Assembly: GCF_018350175.1 (NCBI RefSeq)
Contig: NC_058368.1
Location: forward strand, 56,484,001 to 56,548,000
Origin: Felis catus
Lineage: Eukaryota
DNA length: 64,000 bases
Direction: 5' to 3'
The notes under the pieces are model-generated. The model ran no database searches, was not told the origin of the DNA, and saw only the letters and a program-made list of their open reading frames with translations. The position numbers and the translations under genes were made by a program. Positions 1-13,362 of this stretch are shown here, piece after piece. Numbering within the stretch: position 1 is the stretch's first letter; the number at the start of each line of letters is the position of its first letter.

Positions 1-1290
1 ATATACATGTAGATCAATAGGATGGATTAAAGAGTCCACAGATGGACTCATCATGTATGAATAATATGTTGCCATGGTAATGCAATGGAGGGAATAGCTA
101 ATTTTTTCAACCATGTTGATGAGCAACTTGATATCCATATGGGAGAAAAAAAAACTTTGTTACTTCACATTATGAACAAAAATTGAATTGAAATGGCTTA
201 TAAACCTGGAAAATTAAAGCTAAATCTATGATATTTCTAGATTAATACATAGAAAGTCTGTGATAATACAAGAAAGTCTGTGATCCGGAGATAGGCAAAA
301 CATATGACCAGTTGGGGAAAAAATGATAAGTTGGGCTTTCACAAAATTAAAAACTTTTTTTAATAAATGCCATTAAAAATGAAAAGAAAAGCATAGACTG
401 GGAAAGAATATTTTCAATACTGATTTCTGACAAATGACTTATATCTGAAATATGTAAGGAACTCTTATAACTCTATAATAAGAAGACAAACTACCCAATT
501 TAAAATGGGCAAAGAATTTGTACACCAAAGAGCATATGCTAATGGCAAATAAGTACTGGAATGCTGCCTACCATAATTAGTCCTTAGGGAAATGCAAATT
601 AAAACCACAATTAGATACTGCTCTACACTGGTAGAATAGCTAAAATTTAAAAAGGCAGAAAACCAAGTGTTGGTAAGCATGTACATTAACTAAAACTCTC
701 ATACATTGCTTTTGGAAATCTAAAACAGGATAGACGCTTTGAAAAATGTTTTGGAATTTCCTTATAAAATTAAACATATACTTACAACAAGTCTAGTAAT
801 TCTACTCTTGAATATTTACCTAAGATAAATGGAAATATATATTCTTTCAAATAACTGTACAAACATTTTATTGCAGTTTTTTTTCATAATAGCTGAAAAT
901 TATAAACAGCAAAAATGTCTATCAACATGTAAATGGTCAAATTTTGGTCTATATGTAATATAATGCCAATAAAAAGAATGATCTATCAATAGGTGAAATT
1001 ACAAAATGACTCTCAAAATCATGAGGCAGAGTGACAAACACCAAATACAAAAGTATCTACTGTATCTTTTCCATATACACTTAAAAAGGCAAGTCTCATT
1101 TATAGTAACACAAAGCTAGTTAGCCATGGGTGGGCCCAAGAGAATCACCACCAGTAACAGATGGCTACATTGTGTATCTTTATTGTGGTGATAGTTACCT
1201 GGATGTAAATATACATTAAAATTTATTGAGGTGTACTCTTCCAATGGATGAGTTTGCTTTTGTTGTAATTTATTGTTACACTTATTTCAG
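1..1290 (+). mobile_element. Ancient L1 (L1M-type) ORF2 3' end and 3'UTR, degraded
   Basis: Recognisable L1 ORF2 C-terminal blocks (gactgggaaagaatattt; gggaaatgcaaattaaaaccacaattagatact) followed by an L1M-like 3'UTR; no intact ORF. Confidence 0.85.
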
Positions 1291-1665
1291 TAGAAAAACT
1301 GCTTAGACAAATGAGAAAGAAAAACTAGTAAAGTATCTACATCTCCTTTTTTTTTTCCTACTGCTAGTAGTGGTTCTCCCACATAATTGCTGGCGTCTTT
1401 TTAGACCTTGTTAAGGTTGCAGCCAAAGTAGGCAAATGCACTGCAAGTTGCCTTACTTTTCTTCCATAGCTGTCTCTTAGTCCAGCTTCCTTATTCTCTG
1501 CAGGAACCAGAAGACAAGCAAATAAAACAAAATTAAAAAAAAATAATTTTTAAGAGAAAAGAAAGAACTTAAGGCACCATGGCTTAGTATAAATGTAACA
1601 AAGTCATTAAAAGGACTCTATTGACACATGAAAAATTTAACTTTGCTTTTAAAGTTACTCTCTGA

Positions 1666-1881
1666 GGGGCGCCTGGGTGGCTCAGTCGGTTAAGCATCTG
1701 ATTTCGGCTCAGGTCATGATCTCACGGTCCGAGAGTTCGAGCCCCATGTCGGTCTCTGTGCTGACAGCTCAGAACCTGGAGCCTGTTTCGGATTCTGTGT
1801 CTGCTTGTCTCTCTGACCCTCCCCCATTAATGCTGTCTCTCCCTGTCTCAAAAATAATAAATAAACGTTAAAAAAAAAAAA
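1666..1881 (+). mobile_element. CAN-SINE (SINEC, felid)
   Basis: ggggcgcctgggtggctcagtcggttaag head, CT-rich body, A tail; 15-bp TSD aaagttactctctga at 1651-1665 and 1882-1896. Confidence 0.97.
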
Positions 1882-2013
1882 AAAGTTACTCTCTGAGCCA
1901 GTTTTTTCCTTGCCACTAGATGGAGTTATGTAATCTTTTCCACTGTCTCTCTTAAGTTATAGAATAACTTCCAGGCATTTGAGTTCCAATTGCATGCTCA
2001 TTAAACAGTTACT

Positions 2014-2185
2014 GGGGCACCTTGGGGATTCAGTCGGTTAAGTGGGTAAGCCTGGAGCTTCAGCTCAGGTCATAATCTCGCGGTTTGTGAGTTTGAGCCC
2101 CACATTGGGCTCTCTGCTGTCAGCATGTAGCCCACTTGGGGTCCTCTGTTACCCTCTCTCTCTCTGCCCCTTCCCTGCTTGTGTG

Positions 2186-2220
<35 letters not shown>

Positions 2221-2243
2221 AAAAATAAACATGTAAAAAAATA
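2014..2243 (+). mobile_element. CAN-SINE (older)
   Basis: tRNA-derived head, (CT)n, aaaataaa tail. Confidence 0.93.
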
Positions 2244-2952
2244 AGCAATTAGTTAACATTACAATGTCACAATCATAGCCAATGAAAAACTTTTCCCCCT
2301 CATGGCTCCACTGGAAAAGCTGCACTGAAATTGGAATAGAAGGAATGAAACTGAACTTGGATAGTGGATTTCACTCTGTTTTCTTCAGCTTTATGTATTT
2401 CTCCTCTTCCTTCATGAGGCTGCCCTGGTCTCTACAGATATGGCACAAAAAGAAGAACAGAGGTATAAGTGTAGAAAATTTCTTTGTGCAAGGACACATG
2501 TGATAATTCCTTCTGAATTGCATCTCAATCAATCTTAGTTCCTTAGGATACTTTTTTGGGTTTGTCAAATGTCTCTAACTCAGGTCTCCCAATTGCAATT
2601 TGATATGAGCAATGCCTCTCAACTAGTTGGGAGCTTATGATTCCTCATTCAACTTCTGGATATCCAGTAGTCCACCTTACGTTGGTGTTATAAACCCACT
2701 TATGTCTGGTGTTTTAATAAGATCTAAGGAAACTTCAGTTGTATTCTTTTATGGCATCTTTAGCTTTTCCCAATCAGAGGTCAAGGTACAGTTTGAGTCT
2801 TACCTACTAAGTAAGCCTTCCTGGATCATTTGAGTCCACTGTTTGCCTGTAGATTTTCAAGGCAACATCCACTAAAACTGTGGGCCTGACATAAATTTTC
2901 CGGCAGTCCCTTGAAAGTCCTTTCATTTGATTGTCAATAAGTAGAAAGCACT

Positions 2953-3469
2953 TGTGCTAAAGTTCTCCAGAGAAGCAGAACCAATATTTGCATGTATATG
3001 TATATACATATATAAAAATATATTTATAATGAATGATTATATCTCACAATTATGGAGGCTGAGCCATCCCATGATATGCTTTCTGCAAGCTGGTGGCTCA
3101 GGAAAGCCAATGGTATAGATCCAGTACAAACTTGAAGGCCTGGGAAGCAGAGTAGCCAATGATGTAAATTCTAGCCTGCGTTTGAAGGGCCAGGAGCACT
3201 GAACTCTGAGGGCAGCAGATGATGGATGTCTTAGCTCAAGCAGAGAGCATATTTGACCTGCTTATGATTTTCTGTTCTATTGAGGCCCTCAGTGGATTGG
3301 ATAATGGCCACCTGTATTGGTGAGGGCAATCTTCTTTATTCCATCTACCTATTCAAATGTTAATCTTTTCTAGAAACACCCCCTTTCACACACCCAGAAA
3401 TATTTTTTTTATCAGCTATCTGGTCATCCCCTATCCCCGACAAGTTGGCACATAAAATTAATGATTACA
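2953..3469 (-). mobile_element. MLT2-family (ERVL) solo LTR
   Basis: TG...CA ends; ttctccagagaagcagaaccaata and caagttggcacataaaatta blocks; 5-bp TSD gcact/gcacc. Confidence 0.9.
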
Positions 3470-3539
3470 GCACCCCTATACCTTCTCCCTCAAGGGGAAG
3501 TAAGGAGATATACAGAATAGTGACAATCTTACTTGAAAA

Positions 3540-3730
3540 GAATGGACTCCAAAATTAAGTCACACATTAATGGTTGATTTACTTATGATAAAGGAGCTAA
3601 GAATATGCAATGGTACCAGGACAAGTCTCTAATAATTTGATGATATACACATATACCAAATACCAAATAATTGCATTGTATACTTCAAAGTAATATAATA
3701 TTATATCTTAATTATATCTCAATGAAAAAG
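3540..3730 (+). mobile_element. L1 fragments (ORF2 piece plus L1MA-type 3' end)
   Basis: tgataaaggagctaagaatatgcaatgg; attatatctcaatgaaaaag terminus. Confidence 0.6.
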
Positions 3731-3942
3731 AAGCAAAAACCTCACAGGATTAAAAAAACATGTTATAAAAAGAAAAAAGACAAGAAAAGATTATTAATCT
3801 ATTGAACAATCAATATTCAATATATTCTGTTTCACAGTGCTGTAAACTAAGGATCACAAAATCAATTTTTCATATTCCTCTTTGTAAGTCTTCTGTTGAT
3901 TATCTAGCACCTCACTTTGGGACTATGGATGTGCTTATTTGC

Positions 3943-3976
3943 TGTGTGTGTGTGTGCGTGTGTGTGTGTGTGTGTG
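3943..3976. repeat. (TG)n microsatellite
   Basis: Seen directly. Confidence 0.95.
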
Positions 3977-5263
3977 ACTTTTTCTATCTCACATGAAATA
4001 GATGAGAAGCTTTTTTTCAGTAGCTCACTTTTTTGGAGAGTGAGCCTCATGAAGAGTGTATGCTATGACTACCTCAAGTTATCCTGAATAAAGACCTGTG
4101 ACTTTAGGACAAGCATGCATGTAGTGATCTGCTGTTATCTTTTTAAAATGGGGACCATGCTATGAATAGCTAAACTATTTTCACCTAGGGCATCTCAGGC
4201 AAAGAAAGAATTTTTTATCTTGGAACATTTAAGAATATAATAAAAGTGCTACAAAAATCCTTATCAAATCAATAGAAGTATATGTGTGTTGTTCCTTTCA
4301 CTTTAATTCAAAAATATTTTAATCACTCTAAAATAGCTTGTATTTCAATGATAGATTTTACTAACACCTGTCTAGTACATCTAGTGTAATCAAGTGTTCT
4401 TTAGACACAGCTAGGGTACTTTATAGAAGAATAAATGGCCTCAAAGATGTTAAATGACTTGCTCTAACCTACAAAGCTAGTAGGTATAAGAGGTGGGCCT
4501 ACGTATCAACTCCAATAGTTGTTGGTTCAATTTCCTATTCGCTAGATCATAGACCAAATATTTTATAAGCACAACTACTTTAAACATGAAAATTTGAAAT
4601 GGAAAAATAATCATATATATATAAAATACAAATTTGTAATAGGCCATCAAAATTTTCAGAAACTCATAACAAGATAGAATTGAAACTTGCAATATGAAAT
4701 TTTAACAAATGTTATATGATGTGGAAGTGATTGACAATTTATTTAGTAAGAAAGAAAAATATACTTGATTGCCAGGGAGGATATGAATTTTATTAAGATA
4801 TATAATAGTTAAAACTGCAAATGCCCTTTGAATTTTGAATTTAAAAATTATAGTTAACTACTGCTAATATTTTTTTCTTGCTAACATTTTGAGATATTAT
4901 CTTCTCAGTTTCAAAGTGGGGCATGCTTCAGTTTTCCTTTAAAAAGTTCTCTTATTATTTAATCTCTAAACTGAAATTCAGATGAGTTTATTATTTCTCC
5001 ATTTAGCAATTTCATAGAAGAAATGTTGTATTAACTTCTCCATAACACAGCATAATCTTAAGTAATAAGAGATTTTGCATTAATTAGGAAAGCACTGTAG
5101 TAGTTCTAATATGGAATTAGAAAATGTTTGTTGTGCTATTTTAAAATAACATAAAGTGGTAGTAATTAGACAACACAGACTTTGTTATGTTTTCATTAAA
5201 GAAATAATAATCATTCATGTTCACAGAAGCCAGACTGCATAGAAGATATTGTATATTGACAGT

Positions 5264-5658
5264 TGTATTTTTTTTGCTAGTGTTCTCATAATTAAATACC
5301 ACAGACTGAGTGAATTAAACACCACAAGCTTATTTTCTCACAGTTTTGGAGGCTGGAGTCCAGTATAGAGGTGTTAGCAGGTTCAGTTTCTCTTAGGTGG
5401 TCTCTCCTTGGCTTGTAGATGACAGTCTTCTTGCCAGGTCTGACCATTGTCCTTTTTCTGTACATTTGCATCCCTGGTGTCCCTTCCTCTTGTTAGAACA
5501 CCAGTCCCATTGGTTAGGGCCCCGTTCCTAAGACCTCATTTAACCTAATTACCTCTTTAGAGGCTCTATCTACAAATACAACCACATTTGAGGTACTAGA
5601 CATTGGGATTTTGACATAAGAATTTTTGAGGTGGGGCAACACAATTCAATCCATAACA
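5264..5658 (-). mobile_element. MLT1A/B-type (MaLR) solo LTR
   Basis: TG...CA ends; aaataccacagactg and acaattcaatccataaca blocks; perfect 5-bp TSD acagt at 5259-5263 and 5659-5663. Confidence 0.93.
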
Positions 5659-5865
5659 ACAGTAAATTTCATGATATTTTTTACTGCCTTTATTTTAGAT
5701 TGTGATATTCTCAAATTAATGGGTTATTGTATTATAATTCCAATATGAATCTTAAAAGCTGTTCATTGTCAAATTAATTACAATTAACTATTTTTAAAAT
5801 GTCATCATCCAACTCATTATTAAGCATGGACTTGGTGCCTAACTCAATGTTATTAATTATTATAA

Positions 5866-5892
5866 TTATATATATATATACACATATACGTA

Positions 5893-5948
<56 letters not shown>

Positions 5949-5960
5949 TACATATATCAC
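5866..5960. repeat. Compound (TA)n/(CA)n microsatellite
   Basis: Seen directly. Confidence 0.95.
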
Positions 5961-6375
5961 AGATCACCTCTAATCAAAGAATGTCCTAAATGATGACAAA
6001 AAATATACATATTGTTAAGGTTATTTGAGGCAAGACATGGAAGTTACTGAGAGGCAAAAGACTAGGGAAGGTTGAATTACACATTACTTAATTACCTGAA
6101 ATGCATTCCAATTTAGGACTCATCATAGAAAGAAGAGACAAGACAGAGGTATCTATACTGATTCTCGATGATAGCTTTAGGTTTGGCTGGAGTAAATATT
6201 GAGATTTGCAGGAGAGGACCAAGATAGAATATCTTATGCAGACAAATGTGGTTGTCTTTTTTCTCCTAACAAGCTTTTACTATATTACAGTATTACTCTA
6301 AGAGATTTAAATTCATATATTTGTTCAAAACTTTGTGGGAAAATTTCTTCTTACAACTATTATAGATTATTTTCA

Positions 6376-6592
6376 AAAAAAATTTTTTTCAACGTTTATT
6401 TATTTTTGGGACAGAGAGAGACAGAGCATGAACGGGGGAGGGGCAGAGAGAGAGGGAGACACAGAATCAGAAACAGGCTCCAGGCTCTGAGCCATCAGCC
6501 CAGAGCCCGACGCGGGGCTCGAACTCACGGACCGCAAGATCGTGACCTGGCTGAAGTCGGACGCTTAACCGACTGCGCCACCCAGGCGCCCC
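6376..6592 (-). mobile_element. Young felid CAN-SINE (SINEC_Fc-type)
   Basis: CpG-rich, near-consensus; perfect 15-bp TSD tatagattattttca at 6361-6375 and 6593-6607. Confidence 0.98.
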
Positions 6593-6906
6593 TATAGATT
6601 ATTTTCAGACACTAGTGAGATCTGCTAGGCTGGTAGGTACCTAGATGTTTAAGGTGAAAATATATAAAATGACAGTGATCATTTTCCTTCTGAATTTTGA
6701 AAACCTAGAATTCTGAACACCTTAGACAGTCATCAGGGTCTTCTTATTCTGAAAATATTTAATAAAAAATATTTGCATATAAGCAAATAATCAAAGAGTG
6801 CCTATAGTATCACTGTACACTTAAATGTATGTCGTAAATATCTGCTGAGTAAAGGGATGATGAATGCCAAGTGAAGGTGAGATTTATTTAAAATGACATT
6901 TTGTCA

Positions 6907-7097
6907 GGCACCTGTATGGTTCGGAATGTTGAGCATCTGACTTCGGCTCAGGTCATGATCTTATGGTTTGTGAGTTCGAGTTCCATGTTGTCGTTGGGCT
7001 CACACTGACAACAGCAAGATCTTCTGCCCCCACTCTGTCTCTGCCCCTCCCCCTCTCACGCTCTTTCCCTCAAAAAAAAAAAAACTTTACATAAAAT
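6907..7097 (+). mobile_element. CAN-SINE (diverged)
   Basis: cttcggctcaggtcatgatc core; TSD aaaatgacattttgtca/aaaatgatattttggca. Confidence 0.92.
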
Positions 7098-10000
7098 AAA
7101 ATGATATTTTGGCAGTAATCACAGTAAATTCAACTTAATCAGTATATGTCTTTAAAGGCAACTTTTGAATAATTTGTTTATTGTAATATTCTATAATAAT
7201 TTTTAAAATAATCAATAGGCAACATTTTGCTAATCCATTTGTCAGGTTTTTTTTTTTTTTTTTTAGTTTTGTCACAGTAGCATATGAACAATAAATCTCG
7301 TAACTATTGTTTAATGTGGAAGAACAATATGATACAAACTAATATAAAATTGGCTTAGAATTACTTATAAAACGCATGTACTGATTTAATAAAATTTTAA
7401 TATCTGTTTCCTTTGGTAACATAGAATGCTGCCTCCCCATTCCCATCCCCTACTTTTAGGTTTCTGTTATGGATTGAGGGTATGGTTTGGGGTGAGGCAG
7501 TGTAAGAACCGAAAGACACTTTTCAATCTTTGAAACAGTGCATGTGAGCATACTTCATCACATATGCCGTGGATGTTCCTAATCATTCACCTTAGACGTG
7601 TAACAATTCTCCTGGAACCTTTATTGGACCTCTTGGTGTATTCTAAAAGTATATATGACACTGGGAGGTGCAAAAGAGATCGTAGAAACAAAAATAGACC
7701 ACTGTTTTTTAGCATTTACAGGCATACTATGTGTTATCTTAAATATTAATATTGAAATGTATCCAATGTTGGTATGTTATAAAAAAAAAAGATATTTTAC
7801 TAAATGTATCAGAGGAGCTGGTTATTATCCATAATTTCTCTCATGGGATTAAATGGCTTGTTAAATTACAATTTTGTAATTTTTATCTGTCTATAATGGA
7901 TCATTATAGATATATATAGAAGTATATCATGAAAATTCAGTAAAAATTAAACTACATTGAAGAACAACATCCAGGATTCTTCAATTTCACATCTTCCAAT
8001 AAGTTGATGATAACATGCATGATTTTCTATTAAAAGTAATAAAATTTAAAATCTTTCAAAAGAACCCTATGGCATTATTTGCACAATGAAGAGTTAAATC
8101 TGTAGTAAGCTAAAGAAGACAATATGAATAAATTAAATTATAAACAATGGTGTTGCAGCACTAAGAAAATTAAAAAAAAAACAAGCAAACACTAAAAAAG
8201 CCCATATTAAAAATGCTGATCTTAGATAAGCGTTAGCACCAGCAGACACAGGGCGCCATGCCATAGCAAAATAAAATCAATGAAAGAATTCCAGAAGAAT
8301 GCTAATAGAAAGTGACTCATATCCAAAAGTTTGAAAATGTAATGTCACAGCTGACCTTTAGGGAATAAAACTGTAGATTTTAATTCATTCTTTGGCACTT
8401 GGTGATTTTTGAAAGTTATTTTTCTGAATATACCCTCAAATAATTTCACTAATAGGATGCCATTTAAAAATAGCTTTATAATCTGTTTAAAAATCTTGGC
8501 AATTTTTAAATATATTGTGCTAAACAAATTATTTTTCTACTTGTTTATAACCAAATTGATCTTCCAATAGCAGAATATTGCCTGTTGTCTATTGAATTTA
8601 ATATTTTATATGCATGCCTATAAAAATTGTGTTTTTATTGGCTCAGTTGTGCACATGTTAAAGTTAGGATTATTATCAGCTGGTGGAGGAATGAAAGCAA
8701 TAGTGCTCAGTAGACTGAAGTGTGTAAGATTGTAAGTGTAGATCATTTCTTGAAGGAAGACTTAAAAATAACAAGTCAATCAAAAGAAAATAGAGTACAG
8801 TTCCCTAGACCAAGTAGAAGCTGTGGGTAAGATGAAGATAATAAGGAAATAAACCATAGAAATGCCTTTGAAGTAGACAGTGAGAATTAGTTCTAATCTA
8901 TCAAAAATTGAATGGCCATCCACCTCCCTCATGAGTCATGTGATCCCATATGAGACATGATGGTGAAGTTCTGGGGATCTGAATAACAGGCTTGACACTA
9001 GTTAAAGCAAATGAGGAATTCCAAAATCATGAGTTAGGATGGTTATTTTAAAAAGAATTAGTTAAATTGATCTAAGGTAAATTGACTATGTTGGAAAATA
9101 TATATACCTTAATGTCAGTGGAAATAGGGCTGTCATGGCTAATATCTAATTACTGAGATAGATGTTTGATTGCCAGATAATACATATGGATTCATATTTT
9201 GTTTCAAATGCAGTAAATAACAAATACTAGTACAAGGTCATTAGTCCATATATTAATTTTTGTTTTATTCTTCCTGGAAACATTTTTTATTCCTGTGTAC
9301 ATATGACATATATATACATATATATAAAACATATATGTGTGTGTGTTTGAACATACATATTTGTGAATAAATATGTATTTATACCTCCAATAAATACAGT
9401 ATATATTAAAACACAAATATATATTTCCCTAGAAATCTAATGGTCAAATATGAAAATTAATTATTAAAATATGTAAATACACTCATGTTGCAAAATAACA
9501 AATTTTCCCACATATATATTTCTGATTTTAAATTAATATGTTTTTCTTTTATTCTCCTAGAAATTTATTTTCAAGTTAAGTTAACCTTTTATTACTCCTT
9601 TTATTACTCAGGAGTAATAGCAAGTCTGGAATTTAACAAAATAAAATAATACAGACAACATTCTGACATGTGGATGAAAGAGTTTCAGACAAATAATTGC
9701 TCCAGTGTGTACTAAATTATATATTGAAGATTTTGCCAACACATATGTGTTTGTTTCTGTTACGGGGAGAAATATAGTGAGGGGAATGTTAATACAAAAG
9801 ATTAGAGTTATAACAAATGTCTACACAGTAAATTTGCAACTAAAGTATTAGATTTAGAAAACTGGAATATTATTTGAACCTCATTTTGAACCTTATGATG
9901 AGCTGCCCAGTTTCAAGTTGAGTTCTTATCAATTCCATTTGTTTGGTTTCTGTTTTATGTTTGCATTTTAAGGATTTAATTGAGTTTTCCTCAACTGGGT

Positions 10001-11029
10001 GGAAAACATAGATAATAAATGGATGGATGGATAAATAGATACTTCATTAGAGTAGCTAAAGCTTTGAAATAAGAGAAGGGTCAATGTTTTTCAGATTACT
10101 ATTAATTTTGTTAGTTAAATACCAAAGTATTTTGCAATTGAGTAGAAGTTATAGTGTGTTCACTCATGGTATATGAGAAATTTTTAGTATATGAATTTTT
10201 CTGAAAAAAATTTTTTGATGAAACAATATGTTAATTTTGATTAAAATGAAATCTCTTTGGGAAGTACTATATCTTAGATGAACCATTAAGAAGATTTTGT
10301 GGTTTACTTTCAATTGTTCTTTCATTTATTTATGTCTTTTTGTTTATTATTTCTTATTTTGAGGAGTATAGTCTTAATATTTTGCAGTTAAATATTTTTG
10401 GAGTTAATCTTTTGGAGTTAAAACGACAGATCATAGTTTTCAAACTTCATTTCTGAAAAGTGTCTTCCAAGTTAATTTTTCCTTTTAGCTGTTTCCTACA
10501 TGTTCTATTACACTAATTGAGTTCTAAGTGATCTATAAGCCCTTCTCTTCTAAGTTTTTTTTTCTTTAACATTGGGGTGATTATTACTATTTTCAGAAAT
10601 AATATATTTTTAATATGTCCGTTTTTTTGTGAGTTGCAATTTCATTTTATTCTAAATAGGCCATATACTCTAAGTGATGTTCATTGTTTAATAATTGCAG
10701 GATGTTTTATGCCCCGTGTATGTTCATTTTATTGTGACTATTCCATATCAAAAGTAACAAATGATTTACCTTCAAAATATGGTAAATATTAACCCACTGA
10801 TTGTTCATATATCCAGTGTTGCTCTTAAAAAGGGCAATTCTTAATTATTAATAAATTATTTTTCATTTCTACAAGTCTTCCAAACTGTCTCTTGATGCTT
10901 TAAAAATGTACTATACCAAGTCTTTACTTGGATTTCCTGTTTCTGTATTCTATTTGACACTCTAGTTACCCTTTTGAGCTGATGCTTTATATATTTTTAA
11001 TAGTAAGTCTTGGAGAATCCAAGTTTTCA

Positions 11030-11340
11030 TTTTTTTACAAATATTTCTGCCAGATTATCAATCAAGGATGAGGATGTCATAGATATCTATTTTTAGATTT
11101 TTATTTATTTTCCATGAGTACCATCCTTTTCTTTCTCTTGGAGAACTCTTTAATGCTCCAAGATTTAAAAAAAAAAAAATCAAAGTGGTAGAATACCTGG
11201 ATTTCAGAGAATAGATGACCAAACCCATGAAGACAGGGAATGAAATCTCAGAGTGAAAGCTAGGCAGTAGACCTGAAAAGCAAAGGAATAAATCAGAGCA
11301 GAAACCCAGAGAATATAGAAGAAAATGTGTTTGAGAAAAA
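11030..11340 (+). mobile_element. HAL1-like relic
   Basis: ccagattatcaatcaaggatgagg and gaaagctaggcagtagacctgaaaagcaa resemble HAL1 consensus; 10300-10990 may be opposite-strand HAL1/L1. Confidence 0.55.
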
Positions 11341-12930
11341 CAAAAGCATTCTATGTAACTATTAGTATGATAAAGAATTTGGGTTTAATTAATTCAGATA
11401 TTAATTTCATTCCTATTTTATTTACCATTACTATTACATTTGTATTCTATTTTATTGCATTGTTCTCCCATGCAATACCTCTTCCCTTTCCAGCTTTCTG
11501 TTCCTTCCAGTAGACTTAGAAAAGAAAGCTACCAAATTGAATCCTGCCTCTCCTTTGGAGCCACCAAAATTCATTGTTCTTCACATGTGAATAAAAAATA
11601 TTTCAAAATTATTAGCGTCTAATGCACATTAAGTTCTCAACATATATTTTTAATGGTTCATTCAAGAAATGATTTATCTCCGCCATTGTCAATGACTTCA
11701 GTGTAGATCATTGACACCCAGTAATATGTATGTTTTAGATAATATACATACATGTTCATATGCATAATATTCAAAGTTTTTGCCCACCACAGACTTCAAG
11801 ATCTGATATTATCTCAACAGTTCTTTAATAATGAATAAATATATGTGGATAGGTGGGTAAACATTGCATGCTTATACTCAGGGAGGTATACTTAACAATA
11901 TGTAGGATAAATATTGGGTTTTTATTTCACAGAGTTATAACCTCTGTAGCCTCAACTTTTTGATAGGTCAAGAAAAAGTTATGGTTGTAGGATATTGATT
12001 TTTAGAAGATAATGCTTTCTCTAATATATACAATTGAAAGCAAGTCTTTTGTAAATTGGCCAGATTCTTTTTACTTTTAGTTTTGTGCTCTTTGGAATTT
12101 TTTACACTTTATTCTCAAGGCCATAATTGGGGTGAAAAGTTAAGATCTGAAAAAATTTCTGGTGGTGTCCTTTTCATTTCTGACATTTTGTAGTTAGCTG
12201 AAATAAATGATGTAAAATTCAGGGGAAGATGTCTTTGTCATGGTTCCAAAGCTTTGGAACTCTCTGTTCTTGCAGTTCTAAGGCTTAATATAAGAGCATT
12301 TAGGAAAAAATTCAAAAGATAGTTCTTCATCAGTATTCTGCATCTACCAAGCCAACATAATTCTTATTTTGGCTTCGACTTTGGCTATATAAAGATACAG
12401 GATCTAAGAATCTAATGCATGTAGAAATAAAATATATATCCATTTATACTAGTTTATGTATATACACATGTATAAGTATGTATCAAATGTACATATTTTT
12501 ATATAATAAACTATGATATGCTTAAATATTTATACACTTCTTGTATAACATGCAAAGTTATAAAACATGCTCATTTCACTGGGGTTGATAGGATTCTAGA
12601 CTTTTAAAATTGAAGGCATATATTCTTCTCTCTAATGTTGTTATTAATACAAATTGATTCCTTTACAGATCATGCTGATTAACAAGCAAACCACACAGTT
12701 GGGAAGACTTTCATTAAAATTATTTTCACTTCTCTGCTGAATATGGAGAAACCATGATATATTTTATATTTCCTTTTAGCTTGGGCAAAAGGCAGTAGGA
12801 AAAAATGTATTCTAATGTTAAAAATTCAGAGTACTCCTTTCTTTTTGTTTAAACTAATAATGATCTCAATAAATACAAACAAAACATCTTATCCTGCCTT
12901 AAGAGGAAAATAAGACAATGAAATGGATTT

Positions 12931-13140
12931 GGGTTTTGGAGACAGATGTCCAAGTACAAATCCTACATAGTAGGTGTGACTCTGACCATGTAACTGACTT
13001 TTCTGTACTGCAGTATTCTTCACAGTAAAGCAGAGGCAATATCTGCCTCACAAGGATGGATAGGACTGAATACATTCATTTCCACAAAGTATGTTGTAAA
13101 GAGCTTCACACAAAATAAGCACTCGATGGATGTTTATTAC
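12931..13140 (+). mobile_element. MIR
   Basis: ttttggagacaga...tgtgactctgacc...tctgtactgcagtattcttcacagtaaa core. Confidence 0.7.
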
Positions 13141-13244
13141 AATGTTCATCTTTAAGGAAGAAAATTATTTTTTCATTTACACAGCCAACAAACAGAAATT
13201 AAACTTCAATGATGTAAACATATTATTAGGTTCTGAGTATATAA

Positions 13245-13362
13245 AAGCATTTCAGTCAAGGTTCTTTTTTTCTTTTTTTCTAGGTAAAATTTAGCTAAAT
13301 TACAAGCATTTCAGTCAAGGTTCTTTTTTTTTTTTTCCCTAGGTAAAATTTAGCTAAATTAC
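13245..13362. repeat. 59-bp tandem duplication (2 copies)
   Basis: aagcatttcagtcaaggttc(T)n...ctaggtaaaatttagctaaattac at 13245-13303 and 13304-13362. Confidence 0.95.

Larger units (their letters stand above)
1594..2950 (-). mobile_element. Possible ancient Gypsy-type solo LTR (MamGypLTR/LTR8x-like), interrupted by two SINEs
   Basis: Minus strand ends in ...gttaca (1594), typical of mammalian Gypsy LTRs; no open frame; resemblance by eye only. Confidence 0.3.

Noticed and set aside
1666..1745. tRNA-like A/B boxes
   Set aside because: They are CAN-SINE heads, not tRNA genes.
6199..6597. 132-aa ORF and similar ORFs (28860-29090, 35416-35640, 22328-22654, 63145-63441)
   Set aside because: Read-throughs of CAN-SINE sequence; not genes.
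8231..8260. REST/RE1- or CTCF-like motif gttagcaccagcagacacagggcgcc
   Set aside because: Only a partial left half-site; the right half and spacing do not fit either consensus.
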